NCBI GenBank assembly: GCA_030390025.1
Contig: CM059432.1
Location: forward strand, 100,566,001-100,630,000
Direction of reading: 5' to 3'
Source: Squalus acanthias
Taxonomy: Eukaryota
Length of the DNA stretch: 64,000 nt
A program made the translations under genes and the position numbers. Shown one piece after another: positions 36,711-48,740 of this stretch. How positions within the stretch are numbered: the first letter of the stretch is position 1; each line of letters begins with the position of its first letter. The notes beneath the pieces are model-generated. The model worked only from the letters and a program-made list of their open reading frames with translations, searched no databases and had not been told where the DNA came from.

Positions 36711-37761
36711 AGAAAGTTAACATGCAGGTACAGCAAGCAATTAGGTTGGCAAATGGTATTTTGGCCTTTATTGCAAGGGGGTTGGAGTACAAGAAGAAGG
36801 AGATTTTGCTGCAATTGTTCAGGGCTTTGGTGAACCACACCTGGAGTACAGTGTACAGTTTTGGTCTCCGAAGGAAGGATATATTTGCATTAGAGGGGGA
36901 TTCCTGGGATGAGATAGTTGTCCTATGAGGAGAGATTGAGTAGAATGGGCAAATATTCTCTGGCGTTTAGGGGAATGCGAGGTGATCTCATTGAAACATG
37001 TAAGATTCTGAGAGGGCTTGACAGGGTAGATGCTGAGAGGCTGTTTCCCCTGGCTGGAGAGTCCAGAACTAGGGGGCATAGTCTCAGGAGATGAGGGGAA
37101 ATTTCTTGACTCAGAGGGTTGTGAATCTTTGGAATTCTCTACCTTAAAGGGCTGTGGATGCTGAGTCATTGAGTATATTCGAGGTTGAGATCGATCAATT
37201 TTTGGACTCTAAGGAAATCAAGGGATATGAGGATTGGGCAGGAAAGTGGAGTTGAGGTCGAAGATCAGCCATGATCTTATTGAATGATGGAACAGGCTTG
37301 AGGGGCTGTATGGCCTCCTCCTGCTTCTAATTCTTATGTTCTTATTGGGCCATTCTTTACATTAAAGGTGCTAAATAAATGAAAGTTGTTGTTGTTGTTG
37401 AATGGAATAATTGTAACTTTGTATAAATCACTGGTGAGGTCACATTTGAAATTGTGTGTGCAAATTTGGATTCAGAAAACAGCACTGTGATTTTTCGAGG
37501 AACAAAGGATCCGAATCATTCATCTTTTGTCAATTTAGAGAAATGAACTTGCTCTTATTTCAGCCATCCCATGATGGCCTGCAAGATAATAAAGAGCCTG
37601 AAGTTTCACAAAATAAATGCCCACATTCAAAAAGAAAGTCTCTTTGAAGCAACTCAACAGAATGGACTACGTTATCCTCAAACTACACATACCAGTGAAA
37701 TGGAATTGAGAGCCCATTCACCTGGATAAAACATAGCTTTCTCAGATCATTGCAGCATTGT

Positions 37762-37970
37762 TATGATCTGGAAAGCACTGCCTGAAATTGTGGTGGAAAC
37801 AGATTCAATAGTAACTTTCAAAAGGGAATTGGATAAAAACTTGAAGGGCAAAAATTTTCAAGGCCACGGGGAAAGAGCAGGGGAGTGGGACTATTTGGAG
37901 AGCTCTTTCAAAGAGCAGGCACAGGCACGGTGGTCTCCTTCTGTGCTGTATGATTCTGTGATTCTATGTC
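37762..37970 (+). mobile_element. CR1 3' tail fragment
   Basis: WKALPEIVVETDSIVTFKRELDK; (gattctat) tail. Confidence 0.8.
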
Positions 37971-38455
37971 CTCTTGATATTCATAGAAATGTAGGCACAG
38001 AAAATGCTGAAGAGGCAATTCTGTGCTCCCACTGGGGAACCACATTCAGAGGAATTGCAGAGAATCAGGGCTGCAATGTCACAGAATCACAGAATTACCC
38101 TTTAAATTATGAGCTGTGCTAAAGGGTACATGGAGTCCCTACCTGACTATTGAGTCAGATCTCTGTGTCCCTGGCTGTCTCAGACTGCCCTCGCTAGAGA
38201 GAAGAGACAGACAAATACTGTCCTCTGCACCACGATCCTCAGCTCTGTGTGCTGAAGATTGGCTCACCGGGCAGCCAATCAAAGTAGCCTCCTTGATGTT
38301 GAAGCTCATGATACCTGCATTGTCTGCTCAGCTAAGCTACTGAAAAAAAAGTTAAATGTTTTTACAGGGCTAAAAATAAACTTACCTTTTTGAAGAGTAT
38401 TTTTAATTTACAAATGAGTTATCAAATTTCACTTTTCTATTTTTTAAAACTCTTA

Positions 38456-39153
38456 GTGGGAAAAATGGAGTCACGCCCCCTTTGGGGTGCTAACTTCGCC
38501 GGGAAAATTAGCGCCCCCACGGCCGAAATGCACCGGTAGTGCCCCAAGAGGGAGGCGGGGTGCTACTGGAAGCGCCCTGCTTCCCTCTTGGGGCGCTGCA
38601 AGGGAATATCGCAGTGCTACGTGCCGCAGCGCCATGCGCTGCGGCACGTTGCGGTACTGCAGGCCTTCCTCCCCTTCTTAAAGGGGAGGGGCCTTGCGTA
38701 GCGCGACCCAGGGCCCAGCTGGGCCACCAGGAAACGGAGTGCCGGCAAAAGAGCCCGACACTCAAGAGGAGTGCCGGGCTCACGGGGCGCAGCCGGCAGG
38801 TGCTGGCAGGCGGCCAGCAACAAAAATGGCCGCCCGGCACCTCAACTTTAATTAGTGCCGCCCCGGCAGCAGGTAGGCCCCCCTGACCCCGTCGGACATA
38901 GCGTCCGGCGGTAAGTCAGGGGGCGATACTGAAGATCGCGGCCGGGGCGCGAGTGGGGTGCTGCGCACGACGATGACGTCATCGCCGGCAGAGCAGTGCC
39001 GCGGGGCGCTAACGGTTACTGCCGGCGCTAACCTCCCGCTGAATTTCGCGAGAGACATTGGCGGCGCCGCGCCCGGGCGCTCGTTGCTTTGCGCCCCGTT
39101 AGTGCCCTAAGAGGGCGCTAACGGGAGGCGCAAATCAACCAAATTTTTCCCCC
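38456..39153 (+). mobile_element. Harbinger-type MITE family M1, uninterrupted copy (698 bp)
   Basis: TIRs gtgggaaaaat / atttttccccc with a TTA TSD; very CpG-rich. Confidence 0.9.
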
Positions 39154-40947
39154 TTAAGCGGGCCTGACGCCTGCTTTTACCAGGCGTAAGTATTTGACAA
39201 GCATTCAGCGGGTGGAAGTTGTGCAAAAAGTGCAACTTTCCACCCGCAGAGGCCCTTTTCTTGGGCATGCGGATGATCTGTCAAGAGAATTCTTGACAGA
39301 TCGGAAGTGCCTGGTTTAAGCGCACGCGCTTCATACGCACCCATGAGGGTCGGAAAATCCGGCCCTTTAAGTTAGACACTGGACAAAGAGAAATATGCAC
39401 ATCCACTTAGAAACATAAGCCTGGAAAGGGCTGTGAGTGACTTTATTGTACAAATGCTTAACACTCTCATATCATATTCCTCTTTCCACTATTTTAAATT
39501 AGGTGCTAACCCATTTATCTTAAATGGATTAACGTCTCAATTAAACAGCAGACGGGAATTGAATATTAAATGTTTGTGCAATGACATCGCTCATAACAGT
39601 TTGCAGGCTTTGCAGAGGTACACAGACACCCAGATTCGCACATTTTAACAATAATTCATCACCCCTCTTTGTGCTTATAAGACTTTATTCAGTTATCAAT
39701 TATCTACATGTTCAGCTACATGCAGACTACAGCCAGCCTTGTTTTGTTAAATATTTAACACAACACTAAATAGAACATGCAAATATTTGTTTGCGATCGC
39801 ATGGTTTCTGTATACACAGCTGAAGCTACAATCGATAAGAAGGTACTCCCTTTCAAGCATTTGTTTCTTTATACAAACTTATTTCTGCACTGTATCTGTT
39901 AACAATACTTAATTGAATTGTATGCCTCATTGCTTCTCAATATCAGAACCACAGGATTATTTTCTGATATCTTTCCTGCACTATGGAACGCTGCCTTTGC
40001 ACAGTATAAGTGCCAAGTCTATACTTATTTTCTCAATTCTTCCCATCTCAGGGAAAAATACTTAACATGCCTGTAAAACATTCCTTTGTCTGCTATTTTG
40101 GTATAGCCATGAACTCATTTAAAATATGTGGATTAGCGTCTCCATTGATACAGCAGACAGAGGAGTAATATGTAATAATAATGTTGCTACCTTAAGTTGT
40201 AATACTGTAAGGTACAGCAAGTTCTGTATTGTACCCAATGAAGAGATCCTAACCTTTTGTTCCATGCTACAAATTATTCCAAGAATATCCCATATTTATT
40301 GAGTTATATGTGAATTTCATACCATTACAGAGAAAAATATTGAGGGTAAGGAGAATATGAGTGAGAAGTCAGTGGCTGCTAGCATGCTGCCCATGTTGAG
40401 CCATTATGTACTGTACAGCATTATGCAGAGCACACTGAAATACTTGCCTTGCCTTCTAACAGCAGGCTTGTATCTGATCACTGAGTGCAAATGGCTCAAA
40501 GAAAATAATCATTATCTTAAAATAACATGGATCAAAATGTTTCAGCTATGGTTGGATAAAGACATTATTTTTATTGTGCACAGCACATTATTGTTCACGA
40601 AGTCTGATATGCAGATTTCAGAGATTCCCTCCTTATTGAACCTGAACCTTCTCTGTTGAGTCCAAGGAGGTAAATCAGTTGCTACGGGGATTAATTCTTG
40701 GTGAGATTGGTATGTCTGTTATGATCTCTACACTTCACATCCTCTTCCTGCTGCTCCAGTAATCGATTTCCATCTATGTTCACTATTTCTATGCCATGGA
40801 CCTGTAAACTGCTTTCCAGGATACATTGTGATGCTGCATTGCTGAGGTGACAGACATTTACACTTGCATGTCATCAGGAGTGACAGGTCTGAACGGGAGC
40901 AAATATCTCCTGCTGCTATTGTTTTGCTCACGGAGGAAATCAGTATT

Positions 40948-41820
40948 ATTTATTTGTTCTCGGCAATGCTGGCAAGACCATGTTTATTGCCTATCCCTAG
41001 ATGCCGCGAGATGGTGTCGGTGGGCTTTCCCCTTGAACCACTACAGTACTTGTGGTGATGGTGCTCACACATTGGGCTGGATTTTCATAGGGCCGTGGAG
41101 GCGGGTTTGGAGGCGTGTGGGGGGTTAAAATTGTGAAAAGTGGCGGGCGGACCTGATCCCGCCTCCATGCAATTTTGATAAAATCGTGTGCGGTGTTCCT
41201 GACTCCGTCCCGCCTCCAAGAGGCGGGAGAGGCCATTAAAGCCCTTAACAAGCCCTAAATTGGCTCTGTAATGCCATTTTGAAACGTTTTAGCTAGTTTA
41301 ACCCTTTTCCCACGTGAAGCACGCCTGATGTGAAACACGCCAGTGAAACCTGGCGGGAGCACAAGTGGATAGCTGACTATCAGCTGCAGGTCCACTATTA
41401 CAACGGAGATGTGATGAAGGTAGTAGTAGTATTAGGTCTAAAAGTCGCCTCTGATGCTGCTGCATTGAATGTCTTCAGAGACTGTGAGAGGACCTGGATG
41501 CAAAAAAATTCGCATTCTCTCTCTCTCTCTCTGAGCTGCTGCTCATTTTGCATCCAGGTCCTCTCACAGCAATGCCAGGCAGTCTCTGAAGACCTTCAAT
41601 GCAGCAGCAATGATGACATCATCAGAGGCGACTTTCAGACTGAAACCACTAATTGGTTCATGGGTTCCCACATGCTGGAACTCAATTGCCCAATTAGGTG
41701 AAAATTGCATCAATCTCCCACATCCAATTGCAGTCGGGTAGATAACACGAAATGCAGATGACACGACCCCAACCCAGTATCAAAATCCAGCCCATTGTGT
41801 TCGGTAGGGAATTACAAAAT
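40948..41820 (-). mobile_element. 3' tail of the 20147-21292 LINE family, split by a MITE
   Basis: tttattgcctatccctag...gtgctcacac|att|gtgttcggtagggaatt matches the reverse complement of 21130-21290. Confidence 0.7.
41074..41793. mobile_element. Harbinger-type MITE with a long internal hairpin
   Basis: Perfect 12-bp TIR gggctggatttt / aaaatccagccc with an ATT TSD. Confidence 0.9.
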
Positions 41821-41919
41821 ATTGAAAGGGTTTGTGAATTTTTTTCATCGTAAAAATGGGCTTTGTGCTTTCACCATCCAAAATAATCGTCATGTGTCTT
41901 CTGGAATCAAGAAATCTAT

Positions 41920-42040
41920 AGGAAATCAGCTACTGCTGACAAGCTCTATTTGCAGAAATGTTACAACTGCTTTTGGCTGTAAAGTGCTTAGGGACGTCCT
42001 GAGGTTGTGAAAGGCGTGATATAAATGTATGTCTTTCTTT
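41920..42040 (+). mobile_element. SINE/L2-type 3' tail
   Basis: ttggctgtaaagtgcttagggacgtcctgaggttgtgaaaggcgtgatataaatg is the reverse-complement homologue of 55590-55660. Confidence 0.7.
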
Positions 42041-42809
42041 TGAATGGTAGTAGCCATCTTCAAGAAGCTTGCAAAATATGGAGCTCTGAAGCGTTGATGG
42101 TGAAGATAAAGATCAGAATCTTTAATGGCAGTGTTTTGTGTGGTGCAGTTTGCTCAAAATGTATGAAAGAAATTGAGGAAAAATTCCGAAGGTTCAAAAG
42201 CAAATGTACGTGGAGAAGTTTCAGTGTTAATGACAAACGCTAAAGAAGATGTAAGAAGTAGAAATAAACAGTCCTTTGTGATATACAAGATGGGACACTG
42301 TTGATGGCAATTCTGTGGTCAAGTGCTGAGAATAAATGAAATACATCTACCTAAACAAGACCTTGTTTGGCAACACCAGGAAAATAGGTGCCTTGACAGA
42401 CCTGGCAATGTTTGGCACAAAGTTGGGATCATAATTTGCATAATCATAATTTTAATGCAAATAAAATGCCAAGATCCTCCCAGGATAGAAACAGATGCTG
42501 CATATACATAGTGTTTCATTCCTTCATCTAATTTCGATTAGAACTCAGAGATTTGGGGCGATTTTCCAGGTGTTGTCTGTTAAAACCTGCAGCAGAGGAA
42601 TCATTCATGCAAGGCGAACAATTTGTGAACATGGAAGAATGTTGCAGATTCCTCTTAGCAGCTCTGTGATACCTGCTGTTTATGAAGTTAAGCATGTCGA
42701 TGAGTGTGAAGACAGAAGGAGGAAATCACCTCTTGACCATTATAAGAAATGGACAGGTCACCAATTGCAGATCAGGAACTTCATAAATACAACTCACAAC
42801 TCATACAGA

Positions 42810-43030
42810 GAAGTTCACTTTATCAACACTGAAGTGTAAATCATCGAGCAACAGTGGAAAACAAGCCTATGGAGGTGATCACCAACAGGATCAATGCTGC
42901 AAACACCACATAAGTAGAACCTGGCATGAGGGCAGGAATTTATCTACAGTTTAGCAAAAATAACAAAGCACAAAATGGCCTTCAGCTCTCAAGTAGGCAA
43001 ATCCATGGGAGAAGGCCAGAAAGGACACAA
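42810..43030 (+). pseudogene. Very degenerate Myb/SANT-like (Harbinger ORF) remnant
   Basis: Broken frames HFINTEV*IIEQQW, EVITNRINAANTT and RTWHEGR echo the trihelix pattern of the other copies. Confidence 0.3.
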
Positions 43031-43984
43031 AGTCGGCACATATATAATTCATTCGAAGCAATAAATTGATTTAAAACACCAGCTTCATCTTTGTACACAT
43101 TGTTGCATATACTTCAGCTGAGACACGGAGCAACAGTAAGTTCAATTCTAACAAATGAATGATCAGTGCACACCTGAATTTCCAAAATACATTCTCATTG
43201 GGCAAGGTTCCCTGACAGAAGAATAGACTTGGGAAATGACATCCTATGAACCACGCTGCCTAAGCCAAGCTTGTACTGATGGGGCAATTTTCCAATTTAA
43301 TGTTTCTGGTGAAAAGCCTTGCCTGCTGGGATTTCAAATCGGAAATTTCAGTTTTTAAATTAATAGACAAGTTTTAAAATAATAGACAAGTTTTGCCTGC
43401 CAGAAGCACAAAATTTGAATGTTACCCCTTATATTTTTAAGTTATTAACAAATATCTTAGAGCTGCATCCCAGGACCTGGCTAGCCATTGTAGTAATAGC
43501 TTCACCTTGACTGGAAAATTTAACTGAATGGTCAATAATTGCCCCCAAAATTGTTTTTAACTTCATCATATTGAATGTTTTCTTTGCCAATGTCCATTAA
43601 GTTACATTGTGAAGGAATAAGCCATATAACCTATTCAGAAAAATACACTGTCTCATGAAAGAATTCTGGCCTTATTAAAACATGACAAACTGGGTTTGGA
43701 AATCTAGCAACCTAACTATAAAAAAGCTGTGAAAGCATTCTGGCTATTGAGATAAGATAGTTGTTGACACTGAATCAATAACCTTATTGAAACAGAAGGT
43801 TAAGGCTGAACCTTTCGGAATGAAACAATGGTTCACTTTGGACAATGTGTTCTAATTTACACTTAGTAAAGAAGCACATAAAAGTAAGAAACATCTGCAT
43901 TCGTAAAAATTACATCAAGTAAAAAACACACCTGCCGTAACACCGTTTTTTATGGTAAACTTAGAACACCTGGAGAAGAGACAT

Positions 43985-44486
43985 GGGGGAGAAATTCAGT
44001 ATCGCCCCATTTGGGGCGCAATTATCGGCCGGGCGCAAAGATTAGCGTCTGGCGCTAATTATCGCCTCTGACTGCAAACTTGACTTTTATCGCCCCTGGA
44101 GGTGATTGGAGCGCTAAATCAGGCGCTACACATCTGTCTTAAGGCGCAAAGGCCGAGGAGCAAGGCGCTAACTCAGAGCCCTGGCGAAGCTCATGTGATG
44201 TCAGTCAGCAATGGAACACAGACAAATTGGCGCTGGCCAGTTCTTAAAGGGGAGGGTTGATCTTGCTTTCCATCCACATCCTGCTCATGGCAGCCTTGAA
44301 TCTCAGCCTGGAGAGACCTGTACATCAAATCTGCTGGAAAGAACAATGGAGAAAACCAGGGAAAGAGCTCAGAGTGCAGCCCCCACAGTCTCTTCTAAAT
44401 CGATACAAGGAAGGGCAAATCAAAATGAACCTGCAAAGTGCTGCTCAGTACCCAAAACTCCTTCACACAGCGTTGAATCTCTCCAG

Positions 44487-44521
<35 letters not shown>

Positions 44522-44889
44522 AATGCGTGGTTCAAAAATGTCACCAACAAAAAAAGGCAGGAAGCGGTCACCTCTAAATAGCGCTCCCCCAGTCCCTTCC
44601 TGACTCCAAAACGCTCCCCTCAACCTGTCGTTGCTAGCGGCAGGCGGTAAGGCAGGGGGCGCCACTCAATATCCGCACCGGGGTGCTACCGGGGCGTTGC
44701 GCACTCGACTGACGTCACGATCTGCCGGCGCAGGAGATCGTGGTGGTAGTGTTTAGCGCTGCCACAAAATGTCTAGTTAATTTCGCGAGCGGTGCAAACA
44801 TCGCCGTGCCCGGGCGCTAGTTGCTGTGCGCCCCATTAGCGCCCTCTTAAGGCGCTAACGGGAGGCGCAACCAACTGAATTTTTCCCCT
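43985..44889 (+). mobile_element. Harbinger-type MITE family M2, full-length, with internal (CT)n
   Basis: TIRs gggggagaaattcagt / actgaatttttcccct; shares its right terminal ~70 bp with family M1. TSD not clean. Confidence 0.88.
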
Positions 44890-44920
44890 ACAATTCTGCA
44901 ATGCTACCAGCTGAGGTGAC

Positions 44921-45652
44921 TGTAAGAATTGCAGGGGTCAGCAGAAAAATGACTAGAGATAATTAGCTTACATCAGTAGAAAACCTTAAAGGAAATACAA
45001 CTGGAAAAGGGTATAAATATTGAACTCTCAAATGGGATAGTAGATTTGCTTTAAAGGGGCAAAGCAATTCTCGGCTTCAGAGGCGGCTCTGTAAGTCTCC
45101 AACTCTTTGTACCTCCGGGATCAAAGGTATTTGATTTTGGTGGATATCCTGAATAGAAACTTAAGAACTGTAAAACTGTAGCGAAGTTAAGATTTGAGAG
45201 TAAGGTTCTCTGATAATAGGATTGTAAGCTTTCTCTTTTTGGAACTGTTAATGTTGCGATTGACTCACCAACTGTAAATTACATGTCAGCTCTTTAATAA
45301 ATCTATGTATTTTTAGAATTGTCTCACATAAGACTTCTGTATCAAAAACTCGCAAACTCAATCTCTGTACACTCTTTGGTGAGGAGTTGCAGAATTCGGG
45401 GGGAGTTTTCCGGACCCTCATAATATCTGGAATGTTACAGTCTAGCTAAACTTATTAAAAGTGCTATCTGGAGGACGGTAACATTTTCAGGTTGTTCCTT
45501 TCCTTTAGGAAGAGATAGTCCAGACCTTTAGACCCAATTAAGCGTCTTTAGGATTCGGCTACCTCAAACTTTAGTTGAAAGTGAACGTCTGAGAAATACG
45601 CCTGATCCGGGGTAGCCCTAAAGGGGCTGGGACTAGTAATTATCCCTTTAAC
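44921..45652 (+). mobile_element. Possible solo LTR
   Basis: TGTAAG...TTAACA ends, TATAAA near 45012, AATAAA near 45296. No matching TSD. Confidence 0.3.
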
Positions 45653-47598
45653 ATTTCATTCTTCAGCTCATCTGCTTAGTTATCCACTGTCACGTTGTGC
45701 GATTTTTCATTTTTGTGGATTTGGGAATGAATTATGTTGAAGTGTTGCGTTGTAATACAAAGTGAATTTGCACTGGTTTAAAAGACCACAGGCTGGAATA
45801 CTGAGATGGGGGGGAAGTTGATGTGATAATGAGTCAATTATCATAATTGTTGTCTACAATGACCCGGGACATTAAGCAATTTGTTATCTTGGCTCCAATG
45901 GCCTAATAAAACAATCATACATATTATGGTGGGAATAATTCCTAATAACTCTACTCATGTGAGCCCAACATGAGGTGTCTGTCTCGAACATCCTCTTCAG
46001 AGCACAGGTGGTTTGGATGACAGGTTTACTGGCAAATCCCTTTATGGAGAATAAGTTGAAGGCACAGCCTCTCCACTTGCTGGGAATACAAAATGAATAA
46101 GGGAAAAATAGACACATAGGTAGTCAGATTCTAAACAGAAGACTTTGAAGTGTACCAGGAGCTGGAAATTAAGATGTAGGAAATTAGTTTTTGGAGTTAG
46201 AATTTGTCTGGAGTGAAAGATATTGCCAAAAACAAGTAAATTTGGCTACGAAAGGGACAGGGCATATGCTTTATTTTATTTTTCTCACTTTTTCAAGGAA
46301 AGAATTGTGGTTGAATGAAGGAAGCGGGATTTGCTTTAACCATTAATCTGTATGTTCACTTGATGCCTGTAAAATAATGCAGCTTCCTGATTTGCATCAG
46401 CACTCGTCTCACTAAAGTATTTTCAGTCTGCTCACTGAAATATTGGAAGACACGTGTGAAAGGACGCACTATCCAGTTTAGATACTCAAGATAGAAATAA
46501 AGGGCTAGACACTCGTTATAGCCAAGAAATGGGCAGTGTTTAGACTAAAAATAGTTAGGTAGTGCCAGTTGAAAACCGTCTAGGCTGCACGCAAAATTCG
46601 TCCTCACTCCTCATTAAAATGATTGCGGTCATGGTTCTCGTCTAAAAACCCAAGCTCATTGGCATTACACTGAAAAGATGGACCAATATCAGAGGCAGTC
46701 TCAATGCAAGTAATGACTGCCACAGGCTTTTTTCACTACTTAAAGGGAAGGTTAATTGATGCTGCAGCACCTCATTCTCAGCATTGTTGGGTGTGCAGCT
46801 GCCTCAACAACCATAAGAAGAAGGACAAGGAGAAGGAGCACTTATTTACAAATCCTGATGGCAGATCGCCACCTCAGGGAGAGAGCCTGGAGGTTTTCCA
46901 AGGAAGCTTTGGAGGCATTGGTTTTAGCGGTGGAGAGAAGGCGGGCGGTCCTGTACCAACTGGCAGGAGGGCCTCGCCACAAGTCTGCCGGACTATGTGG
47001 AGGGAGGTGGCACACAACATCACGGGCAACACTGTGGTCCCCAGGTCCCACAACCAGTGCAGGAGGAAGTTTAACGAGCTCACATGGGTGGTCAGGATGA
47101 GTGAAGGCTTCAACAAATGCTACCAACCACCATCTGTACCATAAGCTTCACACACTGCTCAATGTATCACAACCTGAGCACTCACCCACCAACAATCTCT
47201 ACCTAGCAACACTCACACCCACATCTCACACCTTGCACACAATGACAGCTATTCAACTATGGCAGGCACAAGGGTCATTAGTTATTAGAATTCATGTGAT
47301 ATGTGTGATATATTTATAGATACAATTATTAATGGTGTTTGGAATATTTTGTAGTCTCTCTCATTTCAGCTTTGCGCCCAGGAGGACGCTGTGGTGTGGC
47401 ATGAGACAGGGATGGTATGAAGGGGATGTGGAGCAACAGGGAACTGGGGTTTTATTCATTCGAATCGCAGTCTGATGAGCCGGTCACAGACAGCCAATCC
47501 GGAAGGCCGATTGTCATGCTGCCTCCTCCCTCTCGCCTTTTCTTCCTCTTCCTCCTCCTCGACCTCTGAGGTGGTCCCGCAATCCATACTGACAAAGG

Positions 47599-48372
47599 CT
47601 ATGCCTCCTGATGGCCAAGTTGTGGAGCATGCAGCAGATCACCACGAAATGGGACACCCGCTCTGGCAAGTACTCCTCCCGAGCGGTCAAGGCAGCGGAA
47701 CCGTTGCTTCAATAAGCCGATTGTCTGCTCGATGATGTTCCTGGTGGCAGCATGGCTCTCATTATATGAGCGCTGGGCACAAGTGTTGGGGTTCTGGAGG
47801 GGAGTCATGAGCCAGGTGGAGAACAGATAGCCCTTGTCTCCGAGCAGCCACCCTCGAGCTTGATGTGGTGGCTGGAAGAGTGCTGGCACACCGGTCTGGC
47901 ACAGGATGAAGGCATCATGGCTGCTGCCAGGATAGCGGGCATTGACATTGAGGATTCGCTGTGTGTGGTCGCACTCCAACTGCACATTAAGTGAGTGGTA
48001 GCTTTTGCGGTTATGGAAGATCTCAAGATTGTTATGCGGTGCCCACAAAGCCACGTGGGTGCAGTCGATGGTGCCATGCACCATGGGGAAGCCCGCTATC
48101 CTGGCAAAGCCACATGCACGCTCGTGGAAGCCAATGTAGTCCCTTCTCCTGGTGTAGAGAGCCTCAGTGACCTCCTGGATGCAGCGATGGACGGCAATCT
48201 GTGAGATGTTAGATATGTCTCCTGTTGCCGACTGGAAGGATCTGCTGACAAAGAAATTGAGGGCCACAGTGACCTTGACTGCCACTTGGAGAGCCGTGGT
48301 CACCCTGGTCTGAAGCTGGAGGTCTGGTTGAAGGAGCTGGCAGAGTTCTGTGACCATCTCCATGGTGAGCAA
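47599..48372 (-). pseudogene. HARBI1-like DDE transposase remnant (257-aa open frame)
   Basis: GFPMVHGTIDCTHV, YHSLNVQLECD, YPGSSHDAFIL, WLLGDKGY and RNIIEQTIGLLKQRFRCLD. Frameshifted at both ends. Confidence 0.9.
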
Positions 48373-48582
48373 AGCCTACTAATACACTGCTCCTCGCTTA
48401 ATTGAAGGTAGGAGATGTGATGTCGGAAGACCCTAGGTGGATAAGGCCCTCCTCCTCCCTCTGCGCACTTGTTCCCATCTTTCTCGCTGCCTTTGTTCCC
48501 TCTGACATAAATCCTGGAGGGCGAGGTCCACTGCCAGTACAGCCTGCATGATTTTTAGCAAGAGTTGTACTTTGAAGCCTTT

Positions 48583-48740
48583 CAAGAAATGAGATGAGTA
48601 CATGAGAGAAAAGGGAATAGAAAGATATGCTGAAAGGCTGAGATGAGGTAGATGGAATGGGAGGAGGCTCGTGTAGAGTATAAATACCAGCCCAGACTAG
48701 TTAGGTCGAATGGCCTGTTTCTGTGCTGTATATTCTGTGG
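48583..48740 (+). mobile_element. CR1 tail nested in H4
   Basis: Homologous to 22605-22765. Confidence 0.8.

Larger units (their letters stand above)
35545..37345 (+). mobile_element. CR1 3' fragment split by a MITE at 35659-36710
   Basis: VQRDLGVLVQET resumes at 36711 as KVNMQVQQAIRLANGILAFI; (ttcttatg) tail. Confidence 0.88.

Noticed and set aside
47599..48372. Domesticated host HARBI1 gene
   Set aside because: It lies within TIR/TSD-bounded H4, is frameshifted at both ends and has related decayed copies nearby.
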